64,000 nt of DNA from Puniceicoccales bacterium (GTDB lineage Bacteria > Verrucomicrobiota > Verrucomicrobiia > Opitutales > JAIRLM01), in the NCBI GenBank assembly GCA_031268795.1, contig JAIRWT010000008.1:2487-66486 (forward strand), in the 5' to 3' direction. Position 1 is the first letter of the stretch. Every line of letters starts with the position of its first letter. The position numbers and the translations under genes were made by a program. Below are positions 8,808 to 17,387 of this stretch, one piece after another. The notes under the pieces are model-generated. The model was not told the DNA's origin and searched no databases. It saw only the letters and a program-made list of their open reading frames with translations.

Positions 8808-9284
8808 AACGAATCCTCGACCGAAAGCTCGTTCAGGATTCCCGAAGAACGGAGACTTTTTGTAACTGCATAGAAATAATTTACAAACTCAGCCGAAATA
8901 AATAGAAAGACCCCTTCTGGGAGCTGAATAGAGGTTTTTAGTTGAAAGTCAAGCCTTTTGACGCAATGCAACAGGTTGCAAAAAGTGGGAAAATGGCCTC
9001 AGCGGCGAAGTTAAAAAAATTTCAAACAGCAACCAAGGTTTATCCAACTGGGTGAGATTACGATAAAAATCCATGCCAAGTGACCGAGCTCGTATAATTC
9101 AAAACTGCATTTTAAGGAAGCGAAATGTTCCAAAATGGACTTTGCATGAGCTTCATTTAACCTTGAGAAATTTGGCCTTTCCAAGGCGGCACGCCGGTAG
9201 CGGCGGCTCATGTGGCCGAAAAAAACATTGACAATTTTTTTAGCGGATTCTGTGCTTCTACTTCTGGGTGGGCTCCCGGAAAAT

Positions 9285-11150
9285 ATGACCATGGATACTG
9301 CCGTAATAGAAACATTGTTATTAGAAAATCCTCTCCTACAAAGGTATCGCGACAAATTAACGCTCTTGCGCACGGGAGCCTGTTGTTATCACAGGACATT
9401 TGGATATGGGCAGATTGCCTCCTATGGGGCCGACTCCGGGAAGCTTATAATAAATTTTTTAGACAAACCGGGCCATGCCATTGATTTGGCATTTGCCCTG
9501 AAGCATTTGGAATTTATTCCGGCGGAGCACCTTATCGCCAGGTATAGGGAAAATGCGGAAGAAACTGAAAAACTACTCAAAAATGATCCATTGGCCGCCA
9601 TTGAAATTATTCTCGAACATATGCCAGATCGTCGGGCCACCCAATTCGAGATTACGGAGCTTATTTCAGTTATTTGGGATAAAAAAAACGTGCGGGCCTG
9701 GTGGACGAGAGCGCACAAATCCATGGAACTTAGCGCGAAGGTCTCCGTGCCAGAGGTTAAAACTGGATACTACATCCTTAGGGATCAGCCATTGGAACAG
9801 TTGGATGAAGTTATTGATGGGGTACTTATGTCCAAACAATCGGCGCAAAAGGTCGCCTACGCGGAACGGCTGCTCAAGGATGGGATCAATTCTGATCGAG
9901 CGGAGGATTTACGCTTGGTCATGGAAGAGATGCAGCGCATCTCCGCATCTCCGGCTGCGCCGGTTCTGTGTCGGCTATTAGCCTTTTGGGTTTGTGAGGA
10001 TCTGTCCACCATCGCTCCGGCGGCGACCAGCCAATCCGTTGACGTGCTACAGGAGGCCTTTGGTGACGTTGGCGTAATACTGAAAACCGCTGATATGTTG
10101 TCCGCAATTAAGATTGGCCGATTTTTAAAAACAATCACCGAACTCCATCCGGAGAAATTTCATACCATAATTGATCAATTAATTTGCAATGGCAGTCAGC
10201 GGACCATTGGAAGTGTAATTAATTCGCGCATGTCCGACGGAAAGTCTGAGGAACTGCGGCAAATGCTTTTCCAGGGGCTGCGCGATAATTCACTTAAAAT
10301 TAATTTTTTGGAGTGGGTCTTTCGCAATTATGCCAACGCAAAGTACCGGGATATTTTTAAGGACGGGATTTCAGCGGCGCATCTGCGAATGGCGCTGGTG
10401 TTAATTGATCAGGAGGCAACTCGACGGCAAGCAAATCGGAAAATCGCTTTGGCCGAGCTTATTGTCAACGATAAAGATTTGGTGGAAAAGGCTGTCCGCG
10501 GGGAAACAATGGAAATCGCCCGCGACTTGGTGCACATGATTATGCTTAGTCAAGGATTTGACCTCCTTGCCAAGCGGTCCATTGTGGCACGTGTCGTCCG
10601 CGTTTTCCCGGATTTGCAAGGGCTTCTGGCAAGCGGTGACGGCACTACGGTAGAAGCGAAACACGCGGATAACTCCAGTGGAATTATGTATGTTTCGCAA
10701 AAAAGCTTGGATGCTATCCGTCGAGAGTATGAAATTCTCATTAACGAAAAAATTCCCGATAATAAACGCGCCATTGAGATTGCGCGGGAAATTGGAGATT
10801 TGCGCGAAAATTCAGAATACAAAATGGCGCGACAGGATCAGGGCGTGCTGATGGCGCGGAAAGCGCAAATCGAAAGAGACTTGGTCCGCATACAAGTGAT
10901 CGATTTCCAAAATGTTCAGATTGCCACCGTTTCCATTGGAACCGTTGCGACCTTGGGGAATGGACAAGGGAAATTGCAAAAATTCGCGATTCTCGGGGCG
11001 TGGGACAGCGATCCGCAACGCTCAATTGTTGCCTATCAGACGCCAATCGGTGCGGCTCTTCTTGGGAAAAAAGTTGGTGATGTCGTCAAATTGGCGGGGC
11101 GCGAGGAGCAAAAAGTCATTGCCATTGAGCGATGGACGGAGCATGCCTAA
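9285..11150 (+). CDS. greA: Transcript cleavage factor GreA with a long N-terminal extension
   Basis: The C-terminal ~150 aa match the GreA pattern: GDLRENSEYKMARQDQ, VIDF, IGTVATL, AILGAWDSD, SIVAYQTPIGAALLGKKVGDVV. Start chosen at MTMDTAV; the track ORF starts at 9210. Confidence 0.75.
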   Translation: MTMDTAVIETLLLENPLLQRYRDKLTLLRTGACCYHRTFGYGQIASYGADSGKLIINFLDKPGHAIDLAFALKHLEFIPAEHLIARYRENAEETEKLLKNDPLAAIEIILEHMPDRRATQFEITELISVIWDKKNVRAWWTRAHKSMELSAKVSVPEVKTGYYILRDQPLEQLDEVIDGVLMSKQSAQKVAYAERLLKDGINSDRAEDLRLVMEEMQRISASPAAPVLCRLLAFWVCEDLSTIAPAATSQSVDVLQEAFGDVGVILKTADMLSAIKIGRFLKTITELHPEKFHTIIDQLICNGSQRTIGSVINSRMSDGKSEELRQMLFQGLRDNSLKINFLEWVFRNYANAKYRDIFKDGISAAHLRMALVLIDQEATRRQANRKIALAELIVNDKDLVEKAVRGETMEIARDLVHMIMLSQGFDLLAKRSIVARVVRVFPDLQGLLASGDGTTVEAKHADNSSGIMYVSQKSLDAIRREYEILINEKIPDNKRAIEIAREIGDLRENSEYKMARQDQGVLMARKAQIERDLVRIQVIDFQNVQIATVSIGTVATLGNGQGKLQKFAILGAWDSDPQRSIVAYQTPIGAALLGKKVGDVVKLAGREEQKVIAIERWTEHA

Positions 11151-11162
11151 AATCCTGTTCCG

Positions 11163-11978
11163 ATGGGAAATCGAGTTCTAGGATCGTTTTGTTTGCTGGT
11201 ATTAATTGCCGTGGTTTTTGCCGTCTTTGGCAAATCGGGCGTCATCCTACTTGTAACGTTTTTTTCCATGGTGTGCCAGCTGGAATTTGTCCGGCTCATG
11301 CGCCGAGCTGGCGTAGATGTTTTTTTTAACCAAGTGATTTTTTGGACGGCGCTTATTCCAATCGCCGCCTGGTATATGTCCTTGGTCAGCGGGGGGGGGT
11401 ATTTCACACTTATTTCCGCTATTTTTTTGACGTCCGGCGCCATCGTAAGTGGTGATTTACGCCGGGTTACATTGATACTTCCTGCGTCAATGGCGGCAAT
11501 CATTTGCATACCATTCACATTTCAATTTGCGATTATGATTGTTCGCTGCGCGGCATCGCTTCCAGCTGGAATTGCAATCCTCGCCTGGGTCGTTGCCGTC
11601 TGCAAGCTGAGTGATGTGGGCGCGTTATTGTGTGGGACCCTAATCGGTCGCCATCAGTTGGCATCGCAATTTAGCCCCCACAAGACATGGGAAGGATTTT
11701 ACGGCGGCATCGCCATGGCCCTTTTATCAGGCTATTGGCTGGAATTGTGGCTTTCCACCGGCCTTCCCATGCGGATGCGTCTTTCCCTGGCGTTTCTTCT
11801 TTCACTCCTTTCTACAACTTCCGATCTACTTGAATCGGCTTTAAAACGATGGGCCGGAGTAAAGGACTCGGGTGGATGCATACCCGGCATCGGTGGATGT
11901 CTTGATCTGTGCGATAGTTTCATCTTTTCCCTGCCGGGAGCTTATTTGTTTCTGGTTTTTACACACGCATTCGGCTAA
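11163..11978 (+). CDS. cdsA: Phosphatidate cytidylyltransferase (CDP-diglyceride synthase) homolog
   Basis: Polytopic, 271 aa. C-terminal SALKRWAGVKDSGGCIPGIGGCLDLCDS aligns with the CdsA signature but with substitutions. WEGFYGG motif present. Confidence 0.72.
   Translation: MGNRVLGSFCLLVLIAVVFAVFGKSGVILLVTFFSMVCQLEFVRLMRRAGVDVFFNQVIFWTALIPIAAWYMSLVSGGGYFTLISAIFLTSGAIVSGDLRRVTLILPASMAAIICIPFTFQFAIMIVRCAASLPAGIAILAWVVAVCKLSDVGALLCGTLIGRHQLASQFSPHKTWEGFYGGIAMALLSGYWLELWLSTGLPMRMRLSLAFLLSLLSTTSDLLESALKRWAGVKDSGGCIPGIGGCLDLCDSFIFSLPGAYLFLVFTHAFG
11391..11399 (+). repeat. G9 homopolymer inside the cdsA coding sequence (encodes GGG)
   Basis: agc ggg ggg ggg tat, read directly. Confidence 0.95.
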
Positions 11979-12091
11979 GAGCGCATGCAAATTTGATCAC
12001 TTTCTTGATTTTGCCAGAAAGTAAAATCGATTGTATTGACACTGGCTGGATAGCTATTAAAGAGATCAGGTCCGTTTACTCATGGGCGCAT

Positions 12092-15000
12092 ATGTGCGGC
12101 GAAATTAGAGATAAGCATACTATCACTATAGATTCAGGCCGGAATGCAATTGCTTCCGCCGTCGTTGTGACAAGCTTTCTTACAAGCGTTACAACTGGTA
12201 TTTCTTATTTCGTGGCACTTACATTTCCGCGCATGCTCTCTTTTACTACTCCGGCCTTGCTTCCAATATTCATTACTTCGTGTGCAATCCTTGTAATTAG
12301 TTCCATAGCGCTTGTTTATAGCTGTATTGTTTTCGAATGTCCGGTATCATCGGCCGAGTCTCAGCCGCCGGGCGCTCAAACGGATATAAAACATGATCCA
12401 GTGGAATCCGCGCCAAAAGATTCGAATGATAATTTATCGGGCGCTTTGGAAGAGCCGTCCCATCTGGTGCCTGACTCTCCGGTATCAGCTAACGAGCCAT
12501 CAAATCTGTGGGGAATTCCTTCATACGTCAAGGTGGGTGGGGAAGAATTTCCGTTTGCTGGAAACAAACATGATACTGCCTGGAAAGTTATTTCCACGGC
12601 TGATTTCAAATGGTTGAGTGAAGGAGGAGCCACCATCGCGCAAGCGGAACAAATTGTCGAAAAACTAATTCAATTAGCCAATGCGAATTGCATGAATCAA
12701 GTTGGTGGCAAGTTTGATTCGAGTGTTAACGAATTTTGTCCTGGTTTTTCAGCCTTAGTTCCAGTGGAGGCGCGATATAAGTTGCCCGAGGGTGGCACAA
12801 TGCCAGATGGAGAACTGCCGTTAAGCGTATTGATTATATTAGCAAATCGCAATCGAATCGATATCATCTGGCGCATATTTGAATTTCACGAAAATACATC
12901 AGGCAATGGGATGAGGCTTTCGGATTTTATGGCTGCCTGTGGTATCGGCCTTTTGCTAAAAGGGAGAATTTTTTTTGATTTTTTTTGCGCATTAGCAAAT
13001 GACGACACAATAACATCCCAGAGAGATAATGTTTTACGTTGTCTGTTTATATACGAAAATAGGCACGTCTTAATAAGTGAATGCATCGCATGGCGCTGTC
13101 CTAATATGGTTGTTACGCTAATTCGCAACTGCGAATATCAAAGTCGTATACAATATGAGCGTTTACTTATGCGAATGCAGCAGGAAGAAGCATTTAAAGA
13201 ATACTATCAAAGTGTTGAGCAAGCCGATGAACGGAAAAACGTGGAAGAAATTGCCAGGCGAATTTTGGCGGAAGGCCCGGAAAGTCTTGCTATTGAAGAG
13301 TTTAAAAAATTTCCGCCGCAGATTGCGGCGGCTGTACTTGACTGGATACATGATCTGCCTGGTGGCGGAGTGGTAGTAATTTGTTGCATTTTGCGCATTA
13401 CGGGCCCGGAGATTGGAGGAATGATTTTAGAGGAAATGGAATGTTTATGTGCCGATATAATAATTATGCTTGTTGTTCTTTATGGCCGGCTTGCTATGCC
13501 GTATCTCAAATATTTACCCGTAGATTCTTTTTACAAAGTATTGGACACGCTTGATTTCGACTGCGGTAAAAATTTGTTTAAAACTTTTGAGGAGGTAGAA
13601 CCGCTGAAAAAATTTTTAATATCCAATCTCGCTTACGGTGGAAAAAACCGTCTTTGGCGCGGTTTTTCGATGCTGGAAAGCTTAATATCCGATGGTACCT
13701 TAAATGAACGTGATTTAATTGAAATTTCGTGTTCGTGCGATGAGCCTGAGACTCTTCAAGTTATTTATTCGCTTATTGGCGCGCTGCATATTGATGAAAA
13801 AACAAAGCATTTGGTCCGTACCGCTATCTGGGAAAAATTGCCTGAAAAAAATATTATTAAAATTATCTACACCGCTTGGACGACTGACTACGAGTGGAGT
13901 GTACGCGCATATGGAGTCCCAGTCGGAGATCCAGATTTGGCGCGGTATCTTGATGAATTGCGCAGTTCTGATGGCGATGAAATTTTTCTATACAGGTGCC
14001 TAAGAGATCAGCATTTTTTTCTTCCACAAATTATGCAATGGTTATTAAGCAGGTTCAATTCGGATGCGATTGCCGCGATGATGTGCAAAATAGAGGAGGA
14101 GCACACGGAATGGCTTAAGAAAGAGGTTGAAAAGCTAAAAAGAGATAGAACAATTAAAAATGCACAGGAAGAAAAAAATTATATAGATCGTCGAGTTGGC
14201 TGCTGTTTTGCGCTATTAGATCCGAACGAAATAGGGTATGCATATGACGGGGATGACGGATGTCGCGCGAAAGTGCATATTCCAGAGGATATTCAAGATC
14301 TGTTTTTCGCGAACTACAATCAGCTCATCGATGCGCTGGCGAAGCGTAATTTTATTTTTCCACCCGATCATGAGGGTACACGTCGAGACGGGGACCATTA
14401 CAAGGTACGGATTGAATCAAAGGTTGCGACATCGTCACCGGCGATGGTTAGTCCCCTGCCCGCGGTTTCGGAATCCGATTTGGCAAAATCAATGGCGCAG
14501 TTATATTCGACTTCCGAATCAATTTCTCCGACGGAAGGGCATGTTCATTTTGGCGATGAATCCCTTCGCCAATGGGAGGCAATTCCCGTGGCAGATATTT
14601 GTCGTTCCGCTTTGGATGTAAATGTAGCACAGGTGGAGTGGATCGTCAGCGAATTGATGCAATTTGCCGACCAAAATGGTATTGGACAGATTGGCGAAGA
14701 ATTTATCAGGCTTAGTAATGGCTTTGGTGATGAATTCGATGCAAATGTGATCCAATTGCCCATCTTAGTTGAGTTGATGAATCGCAAACAAGGTAATATT
14801 GTTTTGGTTATTCTTAATTTCTACGCATGTGCATTGAGCAGTCTTGATAATATGGAAACAAGGGCAATGGTAAATTTTTTCTGCGCGCTCGCAAATGAAG
14901 TTGCGTCAACCGATGAAAAAAGCGACGCTATGGCATATTTGCTTCGCCAAGCGAACCTGAGCACTTGGATTGAGGAATGCATCATCCGGCAATGCCCCGA

Positions 15001-15613
15001 TGCGGTTACCAGGAAGTATTGGAGTGAAGCGGTTGTGGCGCATCGTGAAGAATCGGAGGAAATTGCCAAGCAAATTCTAATGGAGGGTCCGGAGAGTGCT
15101 GCAATTGAAAAAATGAAGGATTTAAATCCGGGAAAAGTGGCCGACGTTCTTCGTTGTATCAATAACGCCCAATCCAACGGAGTGGAAATAGCTTGCCGGA
15201 TTTTGTATGCCATAGGGGCAGATATTGGAGTTTTGATATTGGCAGAGATGGGCGATTTGCGCGTGCGTATAGCGCTTGCATTGGCAACCATTTATGGGGC
15301 ACAGTCTCTTGCGTTTCTAGTGTCGTTGGATGATCCGGATCGCGCTCTAATATCAAACAGCCTTCCCGGGCATTATCTTAGGCGTCTATTTATAGGTGTA
15401 AATCCGGACTTAGGGAAAGAATTTCTCGCATTTAGTGATATAGCTTGTGATGAGTTCGACGACCCAAATGAATCTGGCGAATGCGATGAATGCGATGAAT
15501 GCGATGAATGCGATGAACTAAATGAACCAGATGAATTAGATGAATCAGGAAAACTGTTTGTCGGCGATTGCAAAAATAATGACGAGCCACTTTTCATGGC
15601 TCCGGAGAATTAG
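12092..15613 (+). CDS. Large Inc-like membrane protein with an internally duplicated helical module and an acidic Cys-rich tail
   Basis: Paired hydrophobic segments at 12146-12334 (AIASAVVVTSFLTSVTTGISYFVALTF / PALLPIFITSCAILVISSIALVYSCIVF). Module 1 spans about 12632-13525 and module 2 about 14621-15331, sharing FFCALAN, EEIA(R/K)(R/Q)IL.EGPES.AIE and IL.EM. Start at the ATG at 12092; the track ORF starts at TTG 11993. Confidence 0.7.
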   Translation: MCGEIRDKHTITIDSGRNAIASAVVVTSFLTSVTTGISYFVALTFPRMLSFTTPALLPIFITSCAILVISSIALVYSCIVFECPVSSAESQPPGAQTDIKHDPVESAPKDSNDNLSGALEEPSHLVPDSPVSANEPSNLWGIPSYVKVGGEEFPFAGNKHDTAWKVISTADFKWLSEGGATIAQAEQIVEKLIQLANANCMNQVGGKFDSSVNEFCPGFSALVPVEARYKLPEGGTMPDGELPLSVLIILANRNRIDIIWRIFEFHENTSGNGMRLSDFMAACGIGLLLKGRIFFDFFCALANDDTITSQRDNVLRCLFIYENRHVLISECIAWRCPNMVVTLIRNCEYQSRIQYERLLMRMQQEEAFKEYYQSVEQADERKNVEEIARRILAEGPESLAIEEFKKFPPQIAAAVLDWIHDLPGGGVVVICCILRITGPEIGGMILEEMECLCADIIIMLVVLYGRLAMPYLKYLPVDSFYKVLDTLDFDCGKNLFKTFEEVEPLKKFLISNLAYGGKNRLWRGFSMLESLISDGTLNERDLIEISCSCDEPETLQVIYSLIGALHIDEKTKHLVRTAIWEKLPEKNIIKIIYTAWTTDYEWSVRAYGVPVGDPDLARYLDELRSSDGDEIFLYRCLRDQHFFLPQIMQWLLSRFNSDAIAAMMCKIEEEHTEWLKKEVEKLKRDRTIKNAQEEKNYIDRRVGCCFALLDPNEIGYAYDGDDGCRAKVHIPEDIQDLFFANYNQLIDALAKRNFIFPPDHEGTRRDGDHYKVRIESKVATSSPAMVSPLPAVSESDLAKSMAQLYSTSESISPTEGHVHFGDESLRQWEAIPVADICRSALDVNVAQVEWIVSELMQFADQNGIGQIGEEFIRLSNGFGDEFDANVIQLPILVELMNRKQGNIVLVILNFYACALSSLDNMETRAMVNFFCALANEVASTDEKSDAMAYLLRQANLSTWIEECIIRQCPDAVTRKYWSEAVVAHREESEEIAKQILMEGPESAAIEKMKDLNPGKVADVLRCINNAQSNGVEIACRILYAIGADIGVLILAEMGDLRVRIALALATIYGAQSLAFLVSLDDPDRALISNSLPGHYLRRLFIGVNPDLGKEFLAFSDIACDEFDDPNESGECDECDECDECDELNEPDELDESGKLFVGDCKNNDEPLFMAPEN
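15479..15514 (+). repeat. Perfect 9-bp tandem repeat (gaatgcgat) x4 encoding (ECD)4
   Basis: Read directly. It is in frame within the acidic C-terminal tail of the 1206-aa ORF. Confidence 0.95.
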
Positions 15614-15638
15614 GGCATGTTACAACTTTCGAAAAATC

Positions 15639-16067
15639 TTAAAAGTGGCTGTCCGTGGTCGAATCTTTCCCAAGATTTATTTTTTGGAGAAAGATGTGCT
15701 TTCCGGGATGATTCTGACTGGCGACAAATTCCTGAGCTACACTCATTTGATTCGCCCGAAGAGCATGCATGGCCACATAGAAAACATGGTCCCGCCGCGG
15801 TTCATGCAGATTATACGCATAGCGCTTAAGCAGGGTTGGATCATGGAGCTGAGCAACTTTTATCCGTAAAATTGATTCCCTTCGCTGCAGTTCAATGACT
15901 TCCTTTTCCAGGACTCGAATTTGTTGGCCAACGATGAAAATTTTTTGTCGGTACCAAACATGCACAAATGCACAGGTAACCCAAGTGACAGAAAAGAAGC
16001 CGGCGCCCAACAAGAGCAAAAATTTATGAGTGCGGAAAAATTTAGTAAGCGAGGGACAAATACTCAT
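15639..16067 (-). CDS. FtsL-like small bitopic cell-division protein (tentative)
   Basis: 142 aa. Single TM (FLLLLGAGFFSVTWVTCAFVHVW) followed by a coiled coil (IRVLEKEVIELQRRESILRIKVAQL). Its start overlaps the rsmH stop by 4 nt, the usual dcw-cluster position. Confidence 0.5.
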   Translation of the reverse strand: MSICPSLTKFFRTHKFLLLLGAGFFSVTWVTCAFVHVWYRQKIFIVGQQIRVLEKEVIELQRRESILRIKVAQLHDPTLLKRYAYNLHEPRRDHVFYVAMHALRANQMSVAQEFVASQNHPGKHIFLQKINLGKDSTTDSHF

Positions 16068-17005
16068 GAGGAAGTCCCTTCCTTCTGAAAGATGCGTAAC
16101 TTTGCCGAGCGACAGCGAGGATTGGCCAATATTTCGTCGGCGGAAGGAGTGATTGGCTTAATTGTTCGTAGTTTTCCCATGGATTGGCGTTCATCCTTCC
16201 CGCGCCCATCCAAGCGAGTTGTTGGAAGTCCGGCCCACTCTCGGAAAAACCGCTTCACCAGGCGGTCTTCCAGTGAATGAAAACTTATGGCGGCTATGAC
16301 ACCTCCGGGAGCGAGTGCGGCAAACGCCTTGGGAAGTGCCACTTGAATAGCTTCCAACTCCGTATTGACGGCGATGCGTATTCCTTGAAATGTGCGAGTT
16401 GCCGGATTGGTTTTTCCGCGCTGACACTTTGGAAGTGCGCCATGAACCAGCTCAGCGAAGGACAATGTCCGATCCAGCTTGTTCGTTCCCCGCGCACTCC
16501 ATATGGCATTCACAACTCGCCTCCAGTTTGGCTCTTCGCCGAAATCGCGAACGGCTTTTATTAACATCTCCCGAGGGGCCGTTTGAAGAAATTGCGCCGC
16601 TGAAAATTCGGTCGTAGGATTCATGCGCATGTCCAGTGGCCCATCGAAGCGGAAAGAAAATCCGCGCTCTGGCATGTCAAGCTGGTCGGACGACAGCCCA
16701 AAATCAAAGAGTATGCCATCAAAGTTTTTTTGTGGCAGATGATCAAGTTGGGAAAAGTTATTGTGTAGAAGATGCAAGCGATTCCGCGGTAAAAATTTCG
16801 CAACCCGTTCAAGGGCGGAAGGATCGCGGTCAATTCCCCATAGATTCGCTCCTGGGAAAGCTTCTAAAATCGCCCGCGCATGGCCGCCGCCGCCAATCGT
16901 TGCATCCAAAAAGGTAAGGGCAGACGTGAACTTAAAGGCTGCAATCACCTCCGCAACAAGAATTGGAATATGCCCGGACATTCTCATTTTCAAATCTTCG
17001 ACCAT
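16064..17005 (-). CDS. rsmH: 16S rRNA (cytosine1402-N4)-methyltransferase
   Basis: HIPILVAEV, DATIGGGGHA, GIDRDP, FDFGLSSDQLD, SFHSLEDR. Start is uncertain (Met codons at 17005, 16987, 16981). The track ORF extends to 17167. Confidence 0.9.
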   Translation of the reverse strand: MVEDLKMRMSGHIPILVAEVIAAFKFTSALTFLDATIGGGGHARAILEAFPGANLWGIDRDPSALERVAKFLPRNRLHLLHNNFSQLDHLPQKNFDGILFDFGLSSDQLDMPERGFSFRFDGPLDMRMNPTTEFSAAQFLQTAPREMLIKAVRDFGEEPNWRRVVNAIWSARGTNKLDRTLSFAELVHGALPKCQRGKTNPATRTFQGIRIAVNTELEAIQVALPKAFAALAPGGVIAAISFHSLEDRLVKRFFREWAGLPTTRLDGRGKDERQSMGKLRTIKPITPSADEILANPRCRSAKLRIFQKEGTSS

Positions 17006-17387
17006 GCCCGACAAATGACGTTTTTTATAATTGTTGCTATTCCCATGCGGCAAGCAATATGTTGGCATTAAGTAAAATGAGTGCGAAAAGGCTACACTTT
17101 CCCTTCCGTGATTTTGCGGGCGAAAAGGCAAATTCGCACAAAGTGACGCTTTCATTCTTGCTTGCATTGCCTCTCAAACCCAGTTTACATGGTGGTGTGA
17201 CGTTCCGAAAAGGCAACGTTATTCTTGTGCAATGATGTCACGTCTACCCGCCAAGTTGCAATGACTACTTTCAGCAATAGCGACTTGCGCAAGTTTCTTT
17301 TAAAAAATTTTTGTATTTTTTTTATTAATTTCACATTTTCATGGATTGTTTTTGCCAAATTAAAGCAAATTTCGTTCCCTAAGATCG

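Noticed and set aside
8979-8990. The 12-mer TGCAAAAAGTGG, shared by the upstream regions of the 8807 gene and the EBP-like gene (also near 50378), as a common operator
   Set aside because: Hundreds of repeated 12-mer pairs are expected by chance in 64 kb on both strands. The flanks do not align.
9011-9373. 120-aa minus-strand ORF in the gap upstream of greA
   Set aside because: It overlaps the greA 5' region, has odd composition and no motif, so it is probably non-coding. The 8808-9284 gap may still hold promoters or a small RNA that I cannot identify.
15373-15597. Minus-strand ORF containing SSHSSHSSHSSHS
   Set aside because: It is the antisense reading of the (ECD)4 9-bp tandem repeat, not an independent gene.
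17006-17167. Extra 54 N-terminal codons on the rsmH track ORF, or a possible mraZ remnant
   Set aside because: There is no MraZ-like (SpoVT/AbrB) motif. The RsmH conserved region begins at HIPILV just after the internal Met codons.
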